Part shown: piece by piece, positions 56,881-64,000 of the stretch
Layout: each line of letters starts with the position of its first letter
Numbering within the stretch: position 1 is the stretch's first letter
NCBI GenBank assembly: GCA_965222115.1
Contig: CBDCTJ010000007.1
Coordinates: 2,688,001-2,752,000 of the forward strand
Source of the DNA: Planctomycetota bacterium
GTDB taxonomy: Bacteria > Planctomycetota > PLA2 > JAEUHO01
DNA length: 64,000 nucleotides
Direction: 5' to 3'
Translations under genes and position numbers: made by a program
Notes under the pieces: model-generated
What the model was told of the DNA's origin: nothing
Database searches by the model: none
The model's input: only the letters and a program-made list of their open reading frames with translations

Positions 56881-59409
56881 CTACGTCGCAACCAGCACAA
56901 CCAAGTTGCCGGAGACGACCATCGCCTTCCGAATGATTTTGCCATCCAAGTGCGAAACGACGTTGTCAATGGCCTGAGCGGCGGCAATGACCTCTTGCTC
57001 GGGCAGCTCCGCCGCGAGTTCGATCTTGCCACGCACTTTGCCGTTGATTTGTACGGCGTACTCAATGGTGTCGGCTGCCAATGCTGCGGGGTCATGGGTC
57101 GGCCATTCGCTTGTGGACGCAAGGCCCTCATAGCCCATCCGCGTCCACAACTCATCGGCGATGTGTGGCGCCATGGGGCTGAGCATGGTCAGGAATGTGC
57201 GCGCAACTTCATTGGGGATGCACGTTGATGCGCCCATGGCGTTCAGCAGGACCATCAATTTGCTCACTGCGGTGTTGTATGCGATAGCATCCATGTCGCG
57301 CGTGATTTCCGCTATCGCCGTGTGCATGGCACGTCTCAAATCGCCCTCGGCGGAACCGTCGGTACGTGGCAGTGCGTCGTGTCGCTCCGTGCCTGCCAAC
57401 AAGCGCCAGGCCCTCTGCAAGAAACGGTCGATGCCGGTGATGCCTGCGTCGGTCCAAATGACATCGGCTTCGGGCGGGCCCACGAACATGATGTAGAGCC
57501 GCAGTGCGTCGGCGCCGTGCTCCCGAACGATATTGTCGGGATTCACGACGTTGTGCTTGGACTTGCTCATCTTTTCAACCATGGCAATGGTTGGTTTTCC
57601 TGTGGCCTTGACAACGACCATGCCGTCGCGCGTCTCAAGTTGTGTCGCGGGAACGTACTTCCCCGTGTCCGGATCGCGGTGTGACGTGCACACGATCATG
57701 CCCTGGTTCACCAGGCGTTGGAAGGGCTCTTGGGTTGAGACCAATCCCAGGTCGAACAAGACCTTGTGCCAAAAGCGTGCGTAGAGCAAATGCAACACTG
57801 CGTGTTCGACACCACCCACGTAAATGTCGACGGGCATCCATTCCTTCTCAATGCTTGCATCGACAAATCGTTCGCTGTTGGTCGGATCCAAGAAGCGCAA
57901 GTAGTACCAACAACTGCCGGCCCATTGAGGCATGGTGTCGGTTTCACGCATCGCCGGTGTGCTGTCGCGCGGATCCGTGGTTTCCACCCATGCTGAAATA
58001 GCTGCCAACGGACTTTGGCCATCGCCGGTGGGCTTGTAGCTGTCCACATCGGGCAGTTGCACCGGCAGTGCGTCGTCGGGCAGGGGAACGGTGGTGCCGT
58101 CCTTACGGTGAATTACGGGAAACGGTTCGCCCCAGTAGCGTTGGCGCGAAAACAACCAGTCGCGCAGGCGGTACTGCACACGCGCACGTCCCAAGCCTTG
58201 CTCGCCCAGCCACGTGGTAATGCCCGCCTTTGCATCGGCGACCGACTTGCCGTCCCAATCACCGGAATTCACCAACGCGCCGTCACCGGCGTGGGCCTCC
58301 TTGGACAGATCGCCGCCTGAGATCACTTCCACGATTGGCAAGTCAAAGGCCTTGGCAAACTCGTAGTCTCGCTGATCGTGTCCGGGTACGGCCATCACCG
58401 CCCCGGTGCCATACGTGGCCAAGACATAGTCGGCAATCCAAATGGGCACGCGTTGTCCATTGACCGGATTGATCGCGAACGCACCGGTTGCCACGCCCGT
58501 CTTCTCTTTGACGTCGGCGATGCGATCTCGCTCCGATCGGGTCGAGGCACGCTGGACGTACTGCTCAACGTCGTCCCGCTGGGCGTCACTCACAATGTCA
58601 TCGACCAATGCGTGTTCCGGTGCCAAGACGCAAAACGTGGCGCCGAACAAGGTGTCGGGCCGTGTTGTGAACACCGTAAACGACTTGTCGTTGTGGCCTT
58701 CGACGCGAAATGTGACTTCGGCCCCTTCGCTCCGCCCGATCCACTCGCGTTGCATGCGCTTGAGCGAGTCAGGCCAATCCAAGCTGTCCAAGTCATCCAG
58801 CAGTCGATCCGCATAGGCCGTAATCTTTAGGACCCATTGGCGCATGGGGCGACGCACAACGGGATAGCCGCCCACTTCACTCTTGCCGTCAATAACCTCT
58901 TCGTTGGCCAGGACGGTGCCGAGCGCCTCGCACCAGTTGACGGGGATCTCCTGTTGATAGGCCAGGCCGCGCTCGTAGAGCTTCAAAAAGATCCACTGCG
59001 TCCAGCGGTAGTAGTTGGGATCGGTGGTGTTGATCTCGCGCGACCAGTCGTAGCTATAGCCCATACGCTTGAGCTGTTTACGAAAGGTCGCCACGTTGCG
59101 TTCGACGGCTACACGAGGATGGACTTCGTTCTTAATCGCATATTGCTCAGCGGGCAAACCAAACGCATCCCAACCCATAGGATGCAAGACGCGAAAGCCT
59201 TTGAGCCGGTAGTAGCGGCTCATGATGTCGGAAATGGTGTAGTTCTCGACGTGACCGACGTGGAGTCCCTTGCCCGACGGGTAGGGAAACATGTCGAGAA
59301 TGTACTTCTTCGGCTTCGAAGAATCTTCCTCGACACGAAACGCATCGTCGTCTTCCCATCGCTGCTGCCAAGTTGGCTCCACGATGGACGGGTCATAGGA
59401 CTGGCTCAC
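56881..59409 (-). CDS. leuS: leucine--tRNA ligase
   Basis: MFPYPSG.GLHVGH, FTTRPDT, RDWLFSRQRYWG, KMSKS. Confidence 0.98.
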   Translation of the reverse strand: MSQSYDPSIVEPTWQQRWEDDDAFRVEEDSSKPKKYILDMFPYPSGKGLHVGHVENYTISDIMSRYYRLKGFRVLHPMGWDAFGLPAEQYAIKNEVHPRVAVERNVATFRKQLKRMGYSYDWSREINTTDPNYYRWTQWIFLKLYERGLAYQQEIPVNWCEALGTVLANEEVIDGKSEVGGYPVVRRPMRQWVLKITAYADRLLDDLDSLDWPDSLKRMQREWIGRSEGAEVTFRVEGHNDKSFTVFTTRPDTLFGATFCVLAPEHALVDDIVSDAQRDDVEQYVQRASTRSERDRIADVKEKTGVATGAFAINPVNGQRVPIWIADYVLATYGTGAVMAVPGHDQRDYEFAKAFDLPIVEVISGGDLSKEAHAGDGALVNSGDWDGKSVADAKAGITTWLGEQGLGRARVQYRLRDWLFSRQRYWGEPFPVIHRKDGTTVPLPDDALPVQLPDVDSYKPTGDGQSPLAAISAWVETTDPRDSTPAMRETDTMPQWAGSCWYYLRFLDPTNSERFVDASIEKEWMPVDIYVGGVEHAVLHLLYARFWHKVLFDLGLVSTQEPFQRLVNQGMIVCTSHRDPDTGKYVPATQLETRDGMVVVKATGKPTIAMVEKMSKSKHNVVNPDNIVREHGADALRLYIMFVGPPEADVIWTDAGITGIDRFLQRAWRLLAGTERHDALPRTDGSAEGDLRRAMHTAIAEITRDMDAIAYNTAVSKLMVLLNAMGASTCIPNEVARTFLTMLSPMAPHIADELWTRMGYEGLASTSEWPTHDPAALAADTIEYAVQINGKVRGKIELAAELPEQEVIAAAQAIDNVVSHLDGKIIRKAMVVSGNLVVLVAT

Positions 59410-59595
59410 GGGGGCTCCTTCCGCCGGTTTGGGGGTTGGGATGGTACCCCCCGACCAAAACAGATACGACGCAATCCGATTCCACGAGGTTCCCCGGCGT
59501 GCGAAATGTCGTGTGTGTGCTGCACTTGCGTTGAGATGGCGGTGGTGCGGAGGCGTCGAATGAAGCGATGCTTCGCCCAGGGAGTTCAGCGTTTT

Positions 59596-61401
59596 ATGAA
59601 GGTTTCGTCCGGCAATCGGGGCTGGCTACTGGCACTTGGTGTGTCACTGCTCGTACTCCTTCCATTTGCCGGGACGCGTGCGCTTTTTGACGCCGATGAA
59701 GGACGCTATGCAGCGGTGGCGCAAAACATGGTTGCGCGTGGCGACTATGTTGTTCCCCATTTGAACGGCATGCCGTTCATGGATAAGCCGCCGCTCGTGT
59801 ACTGGATCCAAGTGATTGGCATTCACATCGCCGGCGCGTCACCCTTTGTTGCACGGCTACCCACCCTGCTTGCCGGTGCGCTTTGGATGGTGGCCATTTT
59901 TGTATTCTCCCTGCGTCTTACAAGAAGGCGAGAGGTCGCATGGTGTGCACTTGGCATCGCCGCTACGTCCGTGGCGGGCATTGTGGGATCTCGCGTGGGA
60001 CCGCAAATGGATATGCCGTTGGCCGCCGCGGTCGCGTGGGCGCTCTATGCCGGTCTACGCAAACTTGAGGGTGGCGGGCGTCGATTCGATGTTCTCATGG
60101 GGGTGGCGATTGGTTGCGGGCTATTGATCAAGGGGCCGTTGGTCGTCGCCGTAACGGCCCTGGTTGGTTGCATGTGGTGTTTGGCCGGCGCGCCGTGGCG
60201 GCGCTACGTACGGATCCTCTTCTCGCCACTGGCATGGGGCGTGGCGCTCGCGATTGCTGCACCGTGGTACGTGCTGGTTGAACGCGCGATGCCCGGATGG
60301 ATTCAACACTTCATCGTGTACGAGCACTTCGGTCGATTCTCGCGTGGGGATCATCGTAGCTTCCACCCGTTTTGGTTCTACGTGCCCATTGCATTGATCT
60401 ATGCATTTCCATGGACGCCCTTGCTTTGGCGCAAAGCACGTGGACAACGAGCCGTGCTGCACTCGTTTCTTGGTCCGTTTTCTCCACGGACCTGGCGCAC
60501 CACGCTTCGCGAATCGACCGAAATCGAATCCCGTGTCCCCAGTCGTCATCTGCAGGCCAGCACCGTTTGTCTTTGGTGGTTCGTTGCCGCGTTCTGTCTC
60601 TACAGCACGGCAACGCGAAAATTGCTCAACTATCTTCTGCCAGCAGCGGCGCCTTTGTTCGTGCTTGCTGGGGCGCGCCTTGCTGAACTACGAGGCTGTC
60701 TTCGCTGGACCTACCGCACAGGACTGTTCGCCTTTGGTGGTGGGCTGGTTGCCGCCGCGGCCTTGATTGGGACGGCGGTGCTTTTGCCGCTTCAAACCGG
60801 TGGCATTGACAAGGCGCTCGATGCGCCGCGTTGGCAGGGCCTCGTCATGCCTCTGAGCGTCGCTGGCGGCGTATTGCTACTTGGTCTGTGGTTCGCGAGC
60901 CGCATGCGCACGCAACGATCGTTGGTGTTCACCTTCGCTTTGGTCGCGTTTGCTTGGTGGTCGATCGACGTCGGATTGGCGCGCACATCACGGGTGGGAT
61001 CGGCGCAAGCCTTGGCGCGCGCGGTTGACAAGCACGTTTCAGAAGACGAGGCCCTCGTTTGCTTCAAGCGGTATCCGCAGGGGCTTGACTTCTACAGCAA
61101 GACACCGGCGTATCTGGCTGGTGGCAACTCGGGTGCATGGTTGCAGCGAGAAATTGTGGAACCGTATGCATCCATGGCAAGGAGTACACAGCATGCGCAT
61201 TCCAGGTTTCGGGGCGGTTTGCTAACGACGAAAGAGTTTGAGGCGTGGTGGCGCGGCGACGACATACCGGGCGTGCATGCCACTGTACTCTTGTGCCGCG
61301 CAGGTGAGTTGGTCATCTTCAATGGCGAGGTGATCGACGGTCCGTTCGCCGGTGCCGGGCGCACCGATTTGTGGTTGATTCGGCGGCGCACAAAGAAATA
61401 G
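59596..61401 (+). CDS. ArnT/GT39-like membrane glycosyltransferase
   Basis: DADEGRYA, DKPPL.YW, ARLP, LIKGP; many TM helices. Confidence 0.9.
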   Translation: MKVSSGNRGWLLALGVSLLVLLPFAGTRALFDADEGRYAAVAQNMVARGDYVVPHLNGMPFMDKPPLVYWIQVIGIHIAGASPFVARLPTLLAGALWMVAIFVFSLRLTRRREVAWCALGIAATSVAGIVGSRVGPQMDMPLAAAVAWALYAGLRKLEGGGRRFDVLMGVAIGCGLLIKGPLVVAVTALVGCMWCLAGAPWRRYVRILFSPLAWGVALAIAAPWYVLVERAMPGWIQHFIVYEHFGRFSRGDHRSFHPFWFYVPIALIYAFPWTPLLWRKARGQRAVLHSFLGPFSPRTWRTTLRESTEIESRVPSRHLQASTVCLWWFVAAFCLYSTATRKLLNYLLPAAAPLFVLAGARLAELRGCLRWTYRTGLFAFGGGLVAAAALIGTAVLLPLQTGGIDKALDAPRWQGLVMPLSVAGGVLLLGLWFASRMRTQRSLVFTFALVAFAWWSIDVGLARTSRVGSAQALARAVDKHVSEDEALVCFKRYPQGLDFYSKTPAYLAGGNSGAWLQREIVEPYASMARSTQHAHSRFRGGLLTTKEFEAWWRGDDIPGVHATVLLCRAGELVIFNGEVIDGPFAGAGRTDLWLIRRRTKK

Positions 61402-61476
61402 ATGCGTCGCTCGCGCGTTCGCATTCATACAGTGTCGAGCGGTGTGACGAAAGCGCGGTCGCCAGCCACGGGCACG

Positions 61477-61528
61477 TACGTCGCACCACTTACGTCGCAC
61501 CACTTACGGCGCACCACTTACGGCACAC
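61477..61528. repeat. 14-bp tandem repeat, about 3.5 copies
   Basis: tacgtcgcaccact tacgtcgcaccact tacggcgcaccact tacggcac. Confidence 0.85.
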
Positions 61529-61542
61529 AGGGAGGAATTGGC

Positions 61543-62082
61543 GTGAATCAGCGAGAGCCTCAGTCTGCATTGCCTCGCCCCGACAAATCCATGGCGTTCG
61601 TCGCATGGCTGCTACTCACTGCGGCAGTGATTGGTTTCGTCGCCTGGACAAGCAACCGGCCCACCTCGAATGTTCGCTCCTCCGAGGCCGGTCTACTCGC
61701 CGATGTTCGTGTGCGGCCCGAAGCCGACGGCGTCGCGCATGTTGGATTCACCTTGGGAGCGCCTTCACGCATTGCTATTCAAATCGATGGCCCGCCCGGC
61801 ACGATTGACGTTTCCGTAGGACTCGCCAAACCCGCTTCACCGGATGAAGGAGAATCGAAACGAGCACTGGCGCCTGCGTCTCTACAACGCGTTCGGGTGG
61901 AGCTACCCACGAGCGAACCCGTCTTGAAGCAAGTTCTGTTCCGGGTTGGCACCTACCTCACCGAGATTCGCTTTACGCCTTCTCCGTCTGTCACCCAATC
62001 GGCGAACGGGGCATCGAAACCGATCCGCGTGCGTGTGATTGCCACGCCGGAACGAACCCTAAGAGATCATCACTCCCAATAG
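61543..62082 (+). CDS. membrane-anchored hypothetical protein
   Basis: GGAGG SD plus GTG; one TM. Confidence 0.6.
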   Translation: MNQREPQSALPRPDKSMAFVAWLLLTAAVIGFVAWTSNRPTSNVRSSEAGLLADVRVRPEADGVAHVGFTLGAPSRIAIQIDGPPGTIDVSVGLAKPASPDEGESKRALAPASLQRVRVELPTSEPVLKQVLFRVGTYLTEIRFTPSPSVTQSANGASKPIRVRVIATPERTLRDHHSQ

Positions 62083-62184
62083 ACCATAGGTAGAATGGCG
62101 GCACCGTCAGGAGGCTCCGCCTTGCTTCGACCCTATCTCTTGCGTCGACCCTGTCTTTTGCGCCGACCATGTGACTCTCGGAAT

Positions 62185-62727
62185 ATGTTGCGTGCGTTCT
62201 GCACACTGACGATGGGACTCTTGTTGCTCGCGGCGTGCGGTGAGGGCGAGTCGTCGTCAAACTCCAGCACACGTGCAGGCGGCAACGTCGAGGGAACGTG
62301 GGTTCCCGATGTGGACGAGACCATCCATCACGCGCGATTTCACGCATTCATGATCGCACGCCCCGATTCGCCCCCGCTCAAGGAGTTGATTCGCGCGTCG
62401 GAGGGGTTGGCCGAGGACATCAAGAACCGCTACGCAAAATCGAGCCTTCGACTCGTGCTGCGGAACAATTCGGATGCAGAGTGGACCATGGTCTCCAAAG
62501 ACGACGAAACCAGCAAAGAGACACGCCAGTTGTGGCGGGGCCGATGGAAGACGTTTGACGGGTATGTGGCGGCCGGCCTTTACTCGTCGGAAGATCCCAA
62601 TGCGGAACGGCCGTGGTGGATCATGTTTATACCCGTGGGTGATCGTCTGATGACGTATTGGCAAGTGCAGAGCGACCAAAATGGCATACGCTCTATGCCG
62701 TATTTCTTCCTGAAGCGCGCGAACTAG
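62185..62727 (+). CDS. lipoprotein, unknown function
   Basis: LAAC lipobox. Confidence 0.65.
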   Translation: MLRAFCTLTMGLLLLAACGEGESSSNSSTRAGGNVEGTWVPDVDETIHHARFHAFMIARPDSPPLKELIRASEGLAEDIKNRYAKSSLRLVLRNNSDAEWTMVSKDDETSKETRQLWRGRWKTFDGYVAAGLYSSEDPNAERPWWIMFIPVGDRLMTYWQVQSDQNGIRSMPYFFLKRAN

Positions 62728-62762
62728 CGATCGCATGGAAGTCTGCTCGACATGCGCTCGCC

Positions 62763-63011
62763 ATGATTACCGGCCCCGTTGAACTGCAAGCCGTTCGACC
62801 CGATGGCACCGATTACCGCACGTTGCTCGACGACGGACAGGTCAATACGGTTCCTCGTTGGTCCAGCGACTCAAAGAGCTTGTTCTTTCATCGCCTCGAC
62901 TTCGCCGATCTTCTCAGTGGTTGGAAAGCGTGTGAAATGGACTTCGATACTGGCGAGTTCGTAGCGATTGAGAATCTGGCGCACACGATTGATGTGTATC
63001 GGGCGAATTAG
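62763..63011 (+). pseudogene. TolB/PD40-like fragment
   Basis: VRPDGT..L..PRWSSDSKSLFF; too short for a propeller. Confidence 0.4.
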
Positions 63012-63066
63012 TGCTGAGTCTTTGCTGATAGGCTGAGCATAAAAATCTACTACTTGCAACGCCTTT

Positions 63067-63155
63067 GCCGATATTCGTCACCCGGACTCAAGAGTGAGCG
63101 ATCGGTGATCGATTCACGCCACAACATCAAGAGCAAATGGCTTCGACATTTGCGC
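63067..63155 (+). repeat. solo composite repeat copy I
   Basis: cccggactcaagagtgagcgatcgg..gattcacgcc..tcaagagcaaatgg..catttgc. Confidence 0.88.
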
Positions 63156-63184
63156 ATCGACGGGTGCGCAGTCAGTCCTCGTTC

Positions 63185-64000
63185 TTAGTACATTCGCCGA
63201 AATGCGACGCCTGGATAGTAAAACGACAGAATCTCGGTGTCGGTCATGCCCTTCTTACCCATTTCCATGGCGCCCCATTGGCACATGCCAACCCCGTGTC
63301 CCCAACCGCGACCCTGAATCGACCAGCCGTCTTTGGTGCGCTTGATGGCGCGAATGTTGTGAGACAACAGGCGTGCCACGGTGCGAAAGGTCGTGCCGGG
63401 CACGAGTTTGGTTCGCTTGGAGGGGCCGTAGACGATGTGAAGCTCCGCGGCCCAGTCACCGCGACCGCGTTTGGTCACTTGGATGGCGTGAATGGGCTTG
63501 CTCACGGGGCGGCCATCGGCCTTCATACCCGCGATGAGATCTTCATTGCTGACCTCTTTGGTCCACGAAAACTTGGGGCTCGTGCGGCAGTGGGGGCAGC
63601 GTACGCCTTGGAGTGCGCCCTCACCGTCGCCCGGATCAAGTCGTGACGTTTTCGCGTCGGTCGTATGTCCGCCACACGTGGACGCATAGTAAGCACTAAA
63701 CGGGCGCCCGTTGTAGGTCATGATCACGCCTGCCGTACTCTGCGCGGCGGCCACCATCTGAGGATAGGTCACGCCAGCGTAGTCGGGGATTGAATGCCCG
63801 CGATAGACCTGGCTGTGGGTGCTATCGAAAAGATGAAAGAACTTGGAACGCGCATCGGGTGTCGAGACGTGAATGTAGGCATAGGTGCGTGCCGTTACTG
63901 CCTGAGCGCGATAAGTAGCCGGTGCGGAATTGGGCGCCGCTTCGTTGGCAATCACGCCCGCGATGTAGTCCTCCATGGGGAGTTCATTCACAAATTCCAG
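63185..64000 (-). CDS. SpoIID/LytB domain protein (5' end beyond window)
   Basis: VNELPMEDYIAGV..E, AQAVTARTY, SQVY, STCGG, GWGHGVGMCQWGA. Confidence 0.93.
   Translation of the reverse strand: MEFVNELPMEDYIAGVIANEAAPNSAPATYRAQAVTARTYAYIHVSTPDARSKFFHLFDSTHSQVYRGHSIPDYAGVTYPQMVAAAQSTAGVIMTYNGRPFSAYYASTCGGHTTDAKTSRLDPGDGEGALQGVRCPHCRTSPKFSWTKEVSNEDLIAGMKADGRPVSKPIHAIQVTKRGRGDWAAELHIVYGPSKRTKLVPGTTFRTVARLLSHNIRAIKRTKDGWSIQGRGWGHGVGMCQWGAMEMGKKGMTDTEILSFYYPGVAFRRMY

Noticed and set aside
58837-59595. N-terminal extension of the 854-aa ArnT-like ORF
   Set aside because: Overlaps leuS antisense; the family-like sequence begins at ATG 59596.

Overview
GC-rich bacterial window, resembling Planctomycetota by gene content (inference). 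The housekeeping backbone comprises a C25 peptidase, ltaE-GT4-lipA-larC, tgt, a DegT aminotransferase, an NtrC/HK pair, recJ, selB, leuS, an ArnT-like GT and spoIID. Accessory content includes a CHAT-protease/ECF/anti-sigma triad and a defence island (darG-darT in reversed order, a PD-(D/E)XK-like gene, a type III restriction relic, a membrane effector, a REP-like element). The most unusual feature is a family of 9 dispersed, oriented composite repeats: heptamer array, then a bulged hairpin CGGACTCAAGTGTGAGCGTCCG, then GATTCACGCC, then (GTGGAC)n. They bracket, as direct repeats about 700 bp apart, three four-helix-bundle (23S IVP/Avd-like) genes. Each of these genes has a ~150-nt leader that folds into a long rod sequestering its SD and/or start codon. 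This looks like a cassette-like mobile or RNA-protein system with no recombinase or RT encoded in the window. All calls are from motif recognition by eye; no database searches were run.
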